Assembly: GCA_034437215.1 (NCBI GenBank)
Contig: DAOTVC010000106.1
Location: 30,369-94,368, forward strand
Source: Anaerolineae bacterium
GTDB lineage: Bacteria > Chloroflexota > Anaerolineae > B4-G1 > SLSP01
DNA length: 64,000 nucleotides
Reading direction: 5' to 3'
The position numbers were made by a program, and so were the translations under genes. This document shows, piece by piece, positions 37,157-46,568 of this stretch (position 1 is its first letter; every line of letters begins with the position of its first letter). Below the pieces are notes generated by a model that worked only from the letters and a program-made list of their open reading frames with translations, was not told the origin of the DNA and did no database searches.

Positions 37157-38284
37157 ATGCAGAAACTTTCGATTGGCTTCCCTCGCATGCACAAGGAAGC
37201 GGGGGAGGTGCGGGACTTCCTCCCGCGCTTGATGCACCGCCTGGCACCGTTAGCGCGGCAGATCGTTGTCGAGGAGGGCAGCGGTGCGGGGATGGGGATC
37301 CTGCCCGAGAAGTACCTCGGCGCGGGCGACAACGTGCGCTTCGGCACCAACGCCGACTGCTACCATCAGGAGATCGTCGTCCAGGTGCGCTCTCCCGAGG
37401 ATCGCGAGCTGCCCCGGATGCAACCGGGGACGGTGCTCTTCTCCATGCTTCACTACAACACCCATCCGTGGCGGGTGCGCCTGCTCCAGGAGTTGGGGAT
37501 ACGCCCGCTCTCCATGGATAGCATCGTCGACGACGACGGTGTGCGCCTCGTCGAGAACATTCAGGGGACGAGCTGGAATGCCATCTGGGCCGGTTTTCGC
37601 GCGCTGCGCAAGACCTACCCGGACTTCGAGCGACCGGGGCGCCGGCCCATCCGCGTCCTCATCGTAGGGGCCGGCGCGGTCGGGCGCTTCGCCGCCGAGG
37701 CCGCGGCGAAGTACGGCGACGAGCAGCTCGCTCAGGGTCTTCGCGCCCAACACCTCACTCCCGTCATCGCCTCCCTCATCGAGCGGAGTGTCACCGCCAA
37801 TGAGCCGGTGCTGATCGAGGAGCTGGCCCGCGCCGACGTGTTCGTCGACGCTACCTCGCGGCGTGATCCCACCCAGTATATCTTCCGCAACGAGCTCCTC
37901 GGTTACCTCCCGGAGCACGCGGTCGTGGTGGACCTGGCCGCCGATCCCTACATCAACCTCAGCGCTACGGAGCCCCTCCAGGTGAAGGCCATCGAGGGCA
38001 TCCCCACGGGCGATCTGGACGAGTACGAGTTCCCGCGAGATCATCCCGCCTTCAACCGGCTCCCCGACGGCGTGGATACCCGGCAGCGGCGCAGGACGGT
38101 GAGCTGCTACTCCTGGCCCGGGCTCAAGCCCCTGAAGTGTATGAAGCGCTACGGTCGTCAGGTGCAGCCCTTCCTGGAGCTGCTCTTCACGAAGCCCTGG
38201 GATGACTTCTGCCCCCAGGACAGCAACTACTTCGAGCGGGCGCTCTGCCGGGGTAAGTTGCATGGCTCGGTAGAGAGGAGGTAG
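37157..38284 (+). CDS. AlaDH/PNT-like NAD(P)-binding dehydrogenase (alanine dehydrogenase / CEOS / saccharopine dehydrogenase superfamily), paralog 1
   Basis: N-terminal SIGFPRMHKEAGEVRDFLP resembles the AlaDH N-terminal signature. Rossmann motif VLIVGAGAVGRFAAEAA. A paralog sits at 41203..42381. Confidence 0.45.
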   Translation: MQKLSIGFPRMHKEAGEVRDFLPRLMHRLAPLARQIVVEEGSGAGMGILPEKYLGAGDNVRFGTNADCYHQEIVVQVRSPEDRELPRMQPGTVLFSMLHYNTHPWRVRLLQELGIRPLSMDSIVDDDGVRLVENIQGTSWNAIWAGFRALRKTYPDFERPGRRPIRVLIVGAGAVGRFAAEAAAKYGDEQLAQGLRAQHLTPVIASLIERSVTANEPVLIEELARADVFVDATSRRDPTQYIFRNELLGYLPEHAVVVDLAADPYINLSATEPLQVKAIEGIPTGDLDEYEFPRDHPAFNRLPDGVDTRQRRRTVSCYSWPGLKPLKCMKRYGRQVQPFLELLFTKPWDDFCPQDSNYFERALCRGKLHGSVERR

Positions 38285-38287
38285 GAC

Positions 38288-38851
38288 GTGAGGTCCTCAA
38301 CGGATCCTACGAACGGAACCGCTTTTCTCGTCGGCGAACGCATCTACCTCCGCCCTCTCGAGAGGGCGGATCTGGCTCACATCCGCCGGTGGTCCAACGA
38401 CCCCGAGATCCGGCGCCTGACGGGCGAGGTGCATCCCATGACGGAGGGGGACGCGGAGGCCTTCTATGAGAAGGTGCAGCAGGAGGAGAGCCGCGTCTGG
38501 TTCATCATTGCCCTTCAGGAGGACGACCGGCCCGTCGGCGAGTGCGGGCTGCTGCGCCTCTTCCCCGCCTGGCGCACCACCGATCTCAGCATCATCCTCG
38601 GGGAGAGGGACGCGTGGGGCCGGGGATACGGGACCGAGGCCATCCGGCTGCTCCTCGACTACGCTTTCGGAGCGCTCAACCTCCACCGGGTCGCCATCGG
38701 CGTGGTCGGCTTCAACGAGCGCGCCCTCCGCTTCTACGAGAAGGTGGGCTTCCGGAGGGAGGGCGTGCAGCGCGACGGCTACTTCTACGACCACGCCTAC
38801 CACGACTTCGTGATGATGAGCATCCTCGAGGCGGAGTTTCGACGACCGTAG
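38288..38851 (+). CDS. GNAT family N-acetyltransferase (RimJ/RimL-like)
   Basis: YLRPLERADLAHIRRWSNDPEI... GNAT core with RGYGTEA and a C-terminal YEKVGFRREG, the pattern of Acetyltransf_3-type GNATs. Confidence 0.7.
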   Translation: MRSSTDPTNGTAFLVGERIYLRPLERADLAHIRRWSNDPEIRRLTGEVHPMTEGDAEAFYEKVQQEESRVWFIIALQEDDRPVGECGLLRLFPAWRTTDLSIILGERDAWGRGYGTEAIRLLLDYAFGALNLHRVAIGVVGFNERALRFYEKVGFRREGVQRDGYFYDHAYHDFVMMSILEAEFRRP

Positions 38852-38864
38852 AGCTCTGCTCTTC

Positions 38865-39854
38865 CTACGCCTCCGCGCGCCTCTGCACCCGCAGCGCCAG
38901 GAAGGTGAGCCACGGCGAGGGCTGCTTCTTGTCGGCAAAGGACCAGCCTTTCCAGGCCCGGAACATGGAGCCGGCGGTGTAGCGCCCCTCTTCGTCGCCC
39001 TGCTCGGTGAGGGTGGCGAGCAGCTCCCCGAAGCGCGGGTCGTCGCGGGCGAAGGGGAAGCGACTGAGCACACCGGTCACGTGGAGGAGGTCGTACCAGA
39101 CGAAGGGGTACTTGAGCCTGCGGAAGTGGGTGCCCATGGCGAAGAGGTAGATCTTGCGCTCCTTCTGGTGCTCCCAGTGATCCAGCAGCATCTCGACCCC
39201 CGCACGTGTCGCCGGGCCGTCCACGAACTGCGGCACCAGAGCCAGTGCTTTGAGGGCGTAGACGTTGACGATGGGACAGGGATCCTCGCGCCGTCCGGGT
39301 CCGTGGAACTTGCCGAAGACCGGGGCGGCTTCACAGCGCCAGCCATTCTCCTTCACCTGGGCGGCCAGATGCTCCACCGCTCGTTGCACCCGCGCATCCT
39401 CGCCTAAACCGTAGGCCAGCAGGGCGTAGAGGAGGGTGGGGGTGTCGCAGAGCATCCAGCCCCAGGTGTCCTCACCGCTGCCCCCGAAGGCCTTGGGGAT
39501 GTTGATCAGGGACTCGAAGGGGCCCTCGGGCGCTTGGTGGGCCAGCACCGCTGCGATAGGGGCTGCCATCTCGGGATCGGAGGCGCGCAATCCGAAGTCC
39601 GCCAGCGTGCTGAGGGCGTAGATAGGGTGGGCGGCATCGTTGTGGCGCTTGAAGACGTAGCCGGGCCAGCTCGCCGCCTGCTCGATGAGTGCTTGCACCC
39701 GGGGGTGCGCGATCATCTCTCGGCGCGCGGCGGCTACCTCCGGAGCCTCCTCCGGCACATCGAGGAGATCCACCAGGGTGCGGTAGCGGGTCCAGGGTTC
39801 ATCGGAGTTCAGAAGCCAGTCGAGGGTCGTGTCGTTCTTCAGCTTATCAGTCAT
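38865..39854 (-). CDS. Trp-rich uncharacterized protein, probably operonic with the WYL regulator
   Basis: 329 aa with no clear catalytic motif. Begins 10 nt downstream of the WYL gene stop on the same strand. Confidence 0.45.
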   Translation of the reverse strand: MTDKLKNDTTLDWLLNSDEPWTRYRTLVDLLDVPEEAPEVAAARREMIAHPRVQALIEQAASWPGYVFKRHNDAAHPIYALSTLADFGLRASDPEMAAPIAAVLAHQAPEGPFESLINIPKAFGGSGEDTWGWMLCDTPTLLYALLAYGLGEDARVQRAVEHLAAQVKENGWRCEAAPVFGKFHGPGRREDPCPIVNVYALKALALVPQFVDGPATRAGVEMLLDHWEHQKERKIYLFAMGTHFRRLKYPFVWYDLLHVTGVLSRFPFARDDPRFGELLATLTEQGDEEGRYTAGSMFRAWKGWSFADKKQPSPWLTFLALRVQRRAEA

Positions 39855-39863
39855 GAGTCTCTC

Positions 39864-40829
39864 CTAGAGTGATGATTTGGTGTGCTCCTCGAGGAGCGCC
39901 TGCGCCCGCTCCCGTACGGCTCGGTACAGCTCCGGCGGCTCGAGAACTACGGCGTGCGAGGCGTAGCTCAGCGCGGTGCGTATTGCCAACTCCAGTTCCG
40001 GGACTTTGAAGGAGACGATGACGGCACCGTCTGGCTGTTCCTCCAGGCGCTCCCAGAGGCCCCGCTCATCGAGCGCCACGAGCGCCGACTCCGGGTGAAA
40101 GCGTAGTCGTACCTCGAACTGCGGTCGCGTGTGGGGCTCGTCCTCGAGGTAGGCGTGGACATCGAAGTCGGCGGGTTGATGGAAGCAGGTGTCGAGGAGG
40201 GTGAGCGCCTCCATGCGATCCACGCGGAAGGTGCGCACGTCCTGGCGCAGATGGCAGTAGGCCACGACGTACCACCAGCCCCAGCGGTGGACGAGGACGT
40301 AGGGATCGACCACGCGCTGCAGGGGATCGCGGCGTCCTCGGGAGCGGTAGGTCACCTCCACGCTGCGGTGCTCACGGGTGGCGCGGCGCAGCGTCTCCAG
40401 GCGCGGGATGAGGGGGGCGTTGGCGGCGCGGTGCATGTTCGTCGCCACGAAGGTGCGCCGGGCCCAGCTGACCTCGTGGCACTGCTCGTCAGGGAGCAGG
40501 TTCTCCAGCTTCGCCAGCGCGCCCCTTGCCGCCTCCCGGTAGAGCTCGCCCCAGAGGGCCTCCACCAGCCCCGTTCCCAGGGTCACCGCCACGGCCTCCT
40601 CCGGCGTCAAAACCAGCGGCGGCATTCGGTAGCCCCGCACGAGAGAGAAGCCGCCGTGAGGTCCGCGTTCCGAGTAGACGGGGATGCCCAACTCGTCCAG
40701 CATGCCGATGTAGCGGTGGACGGTGCGTACAGAGACGTCGAGCGCTTCGGCCAGCGCCGCCGCCTTCTGGTTGGGGCGGCGCTGCAGGAGCATGATCAGC
40801 GAGATGAGACGGACCGCCGTGTTGGTCAT
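39864..40829 (-). CDS. WYL-domain transcriptional regulator: wHTH, WYL, WCX-like C-terminus (PafBC/BrxR/CapW architecture)
   Basis: N-terminal HTH AAALAEALDVSVRTVHRYIGMLDELGIPV. WYL core YVLVHRWGWWYVVAYCHLRQDVRTFRVDRM. Confidence 0.75.
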   Translation of the reverse strand: MTNTAVRLISLIMLLQRRPNQKAAALAEALDVSVRTVHRYIGMLDELGIPVYSERGPHGGFSLVRGYRMPPLVLTPEEAVAVTLGTGLVEALWGELYREAARGALAKLENLLPDEQCHEVSWARRTFVATNMHRAANAPLIPRLETLRRATREHRSVEVTYRSRGRRDPLQRVVDPYVLVHRWGWWYVVAYCHLRQDVRTFRVDRMEALTLLDTCFHQPADFDVHAYLEDEPHTRPQFEVRLRFHPESALVALDERGLWERLEEQPDGAVIVSFKVPELELAIRTALSYASHAVVLEPPELYRAVRERAQALLEEHTKSSL

Positions 40830-41002
40830 GGTCTGTTTTCTCCTTCTCCCCGCAGGGCACTGTCCCCACTGTAGTCGAGGTTCATGTCAATGTATGTCAT
40901 AATTATACTCTGTTGTGGTGGATAAAGGGAACTGGAGAGACTTTTTTCACTCTATGATGTGTAGCGCTGAGGGGGTTGCCGCGGCTCAGGGGTTCTCTCA
41001 AG

Positions 41003-41043
41003 TGTGAAAATTGGGGGCGGCATAGCCGCCCCCAATTTTCACA
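41003..41043. promoter_or_regulatory. Perfect 18-bp-arm hairpin TGTGAAAATTGGGGGCGG catag CCGCCCCCAATTTTCACA
   Basis: Read directly, in the divergent region between the WYL regulator and dehydrogenase paralog 2. The arm contains GTGAAAA, reminiscent of the REP core. Confidence 0.4.
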
Positions 41044-41051
41044 AAAAACTT

Positions 41052-41087
41052 AGCCGTCTTCCGGTGCTGGGACACCGGAAGACGGCT
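41052..41087. promoter_or_regulatory. Perfect 15-bp-arm hairpin AGCCGTCTTCCGGTG ctggga CACCGGAAGACGGCT
   Basis: Read directly, 8 nt after the first hairpin. No T-run follows. Confidence 0.4.
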
Positions 41088-41202
41088 TCACCATTGCTCG
41101 AGGATAGAGAAAGAAGCGGGGCCTTCGCCTTTCACCTGCTCGCACTCGAAGTGTGATAGAATGGGGGAAGACAATCGCTCTCACCCTCAGGAGGTGTTTA
41201 TG

Positions 41203-42381
41203 AATTCACTCTCGGTCGGTTTTCCCCGCATGCACAAGGAGCCCGGTGAGGTACGGGACTTCCTGCCCCGCCTGATCCACCGGCTGTCGCCGCTGGCCCG
41301 CGAGGTCGTGGTGGAGGAGGGAAGCGGTGCGGGGGTGGGGATCGACCCTCAGAAGTACGTCCGCGGCTGCGACAACGTGCACTTCGGCACCCATCAGGAG
41401 TGCTACGATCAGGATATCGTCGTCCAGGTGCGCTCCCCCGAGGACGAGGAGTTGGAGCGCATGAAGCCCGGCACCATCCTCTTCGCCATGCTGCACTACC
41501 CTACCCATCCGAGCCGCGTGCGCCGGATGCACGACCTGGGGCTCCTGCCCATCTCCATGGACAGTGTGGTGGACGAGGACGGGACGCGCCTCATCGAGAA
41601 CATTCGCGGTACCAGCTGGAACGCCGTCTGGGCCGGTTTTCGCGCCCTCCGCAAGACCTATCCGGCTCTGGAATCCCCGGAGCGCGAACCCCTCAGGGCA
41701 GTCGTGATGGGCACCGGGCCCGTCGGTCGCTACGCAGCGGAGTCCGCGACCAAGTACGGCGACGTGGCCCTGCACCTCGATCTGCTGGCGCACGACGTGC
41801 CTGGCGTCGTCGTGAACCTGATCGGACGCAACGTGACCCGGCACCAGCGCCACTTGCGGGCGTTGCTGGAGAGGGCCGACGTCTTCGTGGATGCCACCTT
41901 CCGCGCCGACCCTACGCGCTTCATCGTGCCCAACGCGCTGGTGGGCGCTCTGCCGCAGCACGCCGTCGTCGTGGACGCCACTGCCGATCCCTACATCACC
42001 GATACCGACCCCATCCAGGTGAAGGCCATCGAGGGTATCCCCACCGGTGATCTCGACGACTACGAGTTCTCTCCCGACCACCCCGCCTTCGATCGGCTGC
42101 CCCCTGCCGTGAGCACGGAGAACCGGCGCCTGACCGTCAGCTGCTACTCCTGGCCCGGTCTCAAGCCCGTGGAGTGCATGCGGCGCTACGGACGGCAGCT
42201 CTACCCCTTTCTCCAGATCCTGCTGCGCCGCCCCTTTGAGACCTTGGTGGACAGCCAAAGCTACTTCGAGGCGGCCCTCTATCGCGGAACCCTCAACCAC
42301 TATCTCGAGGAGGAGCAGCGGGGCTTTTACCATCGCGCCGCCGCCACAGGGGCGATCTTCAGAGAAGGGGAGGGGTCCTGA
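41203..42381 (+). CDS. AlaDH/PNT-like NAD(P)-binding dehydrogenase, paralog 2
   Basis: About 60% amino-acid identity with 37157..38284, and long identical nucleotide runs (for example atcgtcgtccaggtgcgctc). AGGAGG RBS before the MNSLSVGFPRMHKE start. Confidence 0.45.
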   Translation, partial: NSLSVGFPRMHKEPGEVRDFLPRLIHRLSPLAREVVVEEGSGAGVGIDPQKYVRGCDNVHFGTHQECYDQDIVVQVRSPEDEELERMKPGTILFAMLHYPTHPSRVRRMHDLGLLPISMDSVVDEDGTRLIENIRGTSWNAVWAGFRALRKTYPALESPEREPLRAVVMGTGPVGRYAAESATKYGDVALHLDLLAHDVPGVVVNLIGRNVTRHQRHLRALLERADVFVDATFRADPTRFIVPNALVGALPQHAVVVDATADPYITDTDPIQVKAIEGIPTGDLDDYEFSPDHPAFDRLPPAVSTENRRLTVSCYSWPGLKPVECMRRYGRQLYPFLQILLRRPFETLVDSQSYFEAALYRGTLNHYLEEEQRGFYHRAAATGAIFREGEGS

Positions 42382-42531
42382 CGAAGAGCTCTCCCCTGCA
42401 GTTGGCATCCTCGCTCTTCTCTGCTACAATGTCGCTTGCGACGGTTTTTGCTCGACTCTCTTTACCGACAAGGGAGAAGTGGTGCGGGCCGGTAGGCGGC
42501 CCCTTGAAATCTCCGTCCGGAAGGCAATAGC

Positions 42532-45500
42532 GTGCCCTGGCAGTTCAATCCCTATAGCCTCTTCTTGATTGTGACGGCTGCCCTGGCTGCGGGCCTGGTG
42601 GTGGCCTGTTGGCGCCGCCGACCTCTGCCCGGCGCCGCGGCCTTCAGCGTGGTCATGCTGGCCCTGCTCGTCTGGTCCCTTGCCTACGGGATGGCTCTCG
42701 CTCACTCCACTCCTGAGGTGAAGGAGCGCCTCATCCGCCTACAGTACCTGGGCGTCGTTACGGCTCCGATCGCCTGGTTCCTCTTCGCGTTGGGATATAC
42801 CCGGCAGGATCTGTGGCTCTCCCCGCGTATCTACATCCTGCTGGCCGTGGAGCCCCTCCTCTTCCTCCTGTTGTTGGCGACGAACGACAGCCACGCCTTG
42901 GTCTACGAGGGGGTGATTCTCACCGACATGGGCAGCTTTTCCACGCTGCAGTGGGACGAAGTAGGCTGGGCCTTCTGGATGCACTCTGTGTACTCCTACG
43001 GTCTGTTGACCGTGACCAGCTACCTTATCATCCGGGCCTTCATTCTTTCGCCAGGGCTCTACCAGGGGCAGATCCTGCTGCTCATCGTCGCTGCCTTCGC
43101 TCCCTGGATCGGAAACGCTCTCTACCTCTTTGGCGTCAGCCCCTACGTCGATCCTACCTCCTTCGCCTTCCTCCTGACGGGTATCCTGGTGACCCTGGCT
43201 CTCTACCGCTTCCGTCTGCTGGATATCGTCCCGGTGGCCCGCCATGCGGTGATGGAAGATCTGAGCGACGGGATCATCGTGCTCGATAGTCGCAACCGCG
43301 TCGTGGACCTCAATCCGGCGGCGGAGGAGATGATCGGGGTGAGCGCCGGCGAGGCCATCGGGCAGCGGGGGATGCACGTGCTGGCTGCCTGGCCCCAGTT
43401 GGTGGACAAGTACCGGGAGCGAAAGCATGCGCACGACGAGATCCTCGTGGAGCGCCAGGGGGAGGTGCGGGCCTACGATCTGCGCATCTCTCCCCTGCGT
43501 CGTGGAGGAGGTCGGATCGAGGGGCGTCTCGTCGGGCTGCGCGACATCACCGAGCGCAAGCTGGCGGAGGAGGCCCTGCGGACCCGGGAGCACTTCCTGG
43601 CCTCCCTCAGTGAGATCACCGAAGCTGCTCTCGAGACACCTGATCTGCAGACCATGGTCCAGACCTTGGCGGACCGCCTGGGCGAGCTCTTCGGCGCCGA
43701 TGGCTGCTATTTGGTGCTCTGGGATGAGGAGAGGCGCCAACCCCGGCCCGCCGCAGCCTTGGATATCCCTCAGGAGGTCTACCGGACGAGGACGATGGAG
43801 ATCGGAGAGGTGGCGTTGATTTCTAAGACGCTGGCGGAGGAGCGTCCCCTCGTCATCGAGGACACCACCCGGATCTCTTATCTCGTGGAACGGGAGACCC
43901 CCCTTTTCCCCGGTCACTCTCTGCTGGGACTGCCCTTGATCGCTGACGGGCGTAAGCTGGGCGCCGCTATCATTGCCTTTGAGCGCCCCCGTTCTTTCAA
44001 GGCCGAGGAGGTAGCGCAGGCGGGGCAGGTCTCCCGGCACCTCGCCCTGGCCCTGGCGAAGGTCAAGATGCTGGATTCCGAGCGCTTCGCCCGGGAGCGG
44101 ACGGAGGCCCTCTACCAGTTCACGAGCTCCCTGCTCACCCACGAGGATCTGACGCAGGCCCTGCAGACGGTGGCGCGCGAGATGGCCGAGCTGCTTCTGG
44201 CGGATCGGGTCCTCATCGTCACCCTCGATCTGGAGGGGCGGCGGATTCTGAAAGCGGTGCTGGAGGGCAGGGGAGCCACGCCCCTCGTCCCCTTCTCCTT
44301 CGAGGAGTTGGAGGAGGGGTTGGTGGGCTGGGTGCTCCGGGAGCGGGAGGCGACCCTCTCGCCGAAGGGACGACCGGATGCTCGGGAGAGTGCCGCTGTG
44401 CGGCGGCGGAGGGCCGAGTTCAAGTTGGGGGCGCTGATGGTCGCGCCCCTGCGTTACCGCGGACGGAGCCTGGGGGCCGTCGTCGCCATAAATAGGCTGC
44501 AGGACCCCGACTTCACCGAGCACGATCTGGCACTGCTCGCCGCCGTCAGCAACCAGGCTGCCGTCGTTATCGACGATATACGGCTCTACGAGGAGACGGC
44601 CCGGCTCAAGGTCTTCAACGAGAACATCCTCCAGAGCGTGGGGGAGATTATCCTGCTGGAGGACGAGAACGGGCGTTTCACCTTCGTCAATCCTGCTATT
44701 GAGGAGGTGCTGGGCTACGTGCCCGAGTCCCTGCTGGGCCAGAGTTGGGAGCTCCTCCTCCCCAAGCGGGAGTGGGCGCGTGTTCGAGAGGAGTCCAGGC
44801 GGCGGGAGCAGGGGCTGGCGGGCCGTTACGAAACCCTGGCTTGCGCCAGCGACGGGCGCGAGGTGCCCCTGATCGTCAGCGCTCGTCCGCTCTTCCAGGA
44901 GGGGCGCTTTGCCGGCACCATCTCCGCCGTCACCGACATCACCGAGCGCAAGCGGGTGGAGGAGGAGCGCGAACAGTTGATCGAGGACCTGGACGCCTTC
45001 GCCCACACCGTGGCTCACGACCTCAAGACCCCTCTCACGCTCATCGTCGGCGCGGCCCGTCTTCTGCAGAAGAACATCGACCTCGAGAACCGGACCCTCC
45101 ACTATCTGACCGACTCCGTCGTCCGCGGGGGCAACAAGATGAGCAACATCATCGACGAGCTCCTCTTGCTCTCGAGCGTGCGGGAAAAGGCGGATATCAC
45201 CTTCGAGACCTTGCAGATGGACGCCATCGTCGCCGAGAGCCTGGATCGCCTGCAGGGGCTCATCGAGGAGCGCGGCGCTCAGATTCAGCTGCCGGAGAGC
45301 TGGCCTGTGGCGCGTGGATACGGCCCCTGGGTAGAGGAGATCTGGGCCAACTACATCAGCAACGCCATCAAATATGGAGGGGATCCGCCCGTGGTGGAAC
45401 TGGGGGGCTCTCTCTGCAACGGGGAGGGAGCGGCAGGCGCCCGCTCTTACGCACGCTTCTGGGTGCGGGACAATGGGAAGGGGATCAGCGAGGAGGAACG

Positions 45501-45687
45501 CCAACGGCTCTTCACCCCCTTTACTCGTCTGGGACAGGTGAACGTCAGCGGGCACGGTCTGGGCCTCTCCATCGTTCAACGCATCGTCCAGCGCCTCAAC
45601 GGACAGGTCGAAGTCCGCAGCGAGCCCGGTGTGGGGGCGGAGTTCAGTTTCATCCTTCCCGCAGACGAGGCGGTACTCTCGCGGTAG
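42532..45687 (+). CDS. Sensor histidine kinase: 7TM sensor, PAS, GAF, GAF, PAS, HisKA, HATPase_c
   Basis: 1,051 aa. GTG start. H-box AHDLKTPLTLI. HATPase motifs DNGKGI and GHGLGLSI. The C-terminal third closely parallels the HK at 31991. Confidence 0.8.
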   Translation: MPWQFNPYSLFLIVTAALAAGLVVACWRRRPLPGAAAFSVVMLALLVWSLAYGMALAHSTPEVKERLIRLQYLGVVTAPIAWFLFALGYTRQDLWLSPRIYILLAVEPLLFLLLLATNDSHALVYEGVILTDMGSFSTLQWDEVGWAFWMHSVYSYGLLTVTSYLIIRAFILSPGLYQGQILLLIVAAFAPWIGNALYLFGVSPYVDPTSFAFLLTGILVTLALYRFRLLDIVPVARHAVMEDLSDGIIVLDSRNRVVDLNPAAEEMIGVSAGEAIGQRGMHVLAAWPQLVDKYRERKHAHDEILVERQGEVRAYDLRISPLRRGGGRIEGRLVGLRDITERKLAEEALRTREHFLASLSEITEAALETPDLQTMVQTLADRLGELFGADGCYLVLWDEERRQPRPAAALDIPQEVYRTRTMEIGEVALISKTLAEERPLVIEDTTRISYLVERETPLFPGHSLLGLPLIADGRKLGAAIIAFERPRSFKAEEVAQAGQVSRHLALALAKVKMLDSERFARERTEALYQFTSSLLTHEDLTQALQTVAREMAELLLADRVLIVTLDLEGRRILKAVLEGRGATPLVPFSFEELEEGLVGWVLREREATLSPKGRPDARESAAVRRRRAEFKLGALMVAPLRYRGRSLGAVVAINRLQDPDFTEHDLALLAAVSNQAAVVIDDIRLYEETARLKVFNENILQSVGEIILLEDENGRFTFVNPAIEEVLGYVPESLLGQSWELLLPKREWARVREESRRREQGLAGRYETLACASDGREVPLIVSARPLFQEGRFAGTISAVTDITERKRVEEEREQLIEDLDAFAHTVAHDLKTPLTLIVGAARLLQKNIDLENRTLHYLTDSVVRGGNKMSNIIDELLLLSSVREKADITFETLQMDAIVAESLDRLQGLIEERGAQIQLPESWPVARGYGPWVEEIWANYISNAIKYGGDPPVVELGGSLCNGEGAAGARSYARFWVRDNGKGISEEERQRLFTPFTRLGQVNVSGHGLGLSIVQRIVQRLNGQVEVRSEPGVGAEFSFILPADEAVLSR

Positions 45688-45723
45688 TCGTAGGGTCTGC
45701 TTTCGTGAGGTGGCTGGAGTCCG

Positions 45724-46562
45724 TCACCGGATGGGGAGGCGGAGCTGCACCTCCGGATAGTGCTCGCCCCGGGTGGGTACGGTGGTGTAGCGTTCCACCG
45801 CGACCGGATAGCCAAGGGGGTGCTCCGACTTCGCCAGCCACGTGTGGTGAACGTAGGCCAAGCTCTGGGGCAGGGTGCGGTAGGGACTCCGATGGGAGAA
45901 GCAGGCCCAGGTCAGGGGTGGGAGCCACTTGACGACTAACGTGGGGGGTGTCTCTTCGGGGCGTTCAATCTCGACGCCCGCCAGGTAGAAGGGATCGCCC
46001 TTCTCGGGATAGCAGGTGAGGCCGCAGCAGGCAGGCGGGCTTCTTCGCTCCATGCCCTCTTTCAGAAGCCTCTGCCAGAGAGCCGGGATTCTCTCCCTGC
46101 TTCCGGCTTCCAAAGCGATCATGAGTCCGGCCACGTACAGTCCGTCCCTCTTTTCCAGCGCCTCGAAGCGGCAGCCCCCCTCCACGAGGTGGTACAGGTA
46201 GGCCTCGTCCAGCGGCGGCAGCAGGCGCCGGCGGTCGAGGCGGCCCTCGCGCCGTGCCTGGCTGGGTTGCAGGTCGAACATCCTTTTGAACGCACGGGAG
46301 AAGGTTTCGGGGCTGTTGAATTGGTGGTTGAAGGCGATCTCGATGAGCGGGCGGTCGCTCCCCAGCACCTCCTGCGCTGCCTCCGACAGCCGGCGGCGCA
46401 TGAGGTAGTCGTAGGGGGTGTGGTGGGTGGCGGCGTTGAAGAGGCGGCAGAAGTGGTAGACGGAGTAGCCTGCGGCTCCGGCGATCGCTTCCAGGGCCAC
46501 CTCGGTGCGCAGGTGCCGCTCGACGAAGTCGAGGGCTCGCAGGATCGGTGCGAGGTCGGGCA
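45724..46562 (-). CDS. AraC/XylS family transcriptional regulator with a GyrI-like effector-binding domain
   Basis: HTH_AraC region YSVYHFCRLFNAATHHTPYDYLMRRRL...FNSPETFSRAFKRMF. The true start is probably the MPDLAPILRALDF Met, because the longer track ORF has a low-complexity N-terminus. Confidence 0.65.
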
Positions 46563-46568
46563 TCGGCT

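Noticed and set aside
42739-45579. 946-aa minus-strand ORF opposite the HK at 42532..45687
   Set aside because: Antisense to a kinase with canonical PAS, GAF, HisKA and HATPase motifs. Composition is biased and there are no motifs.
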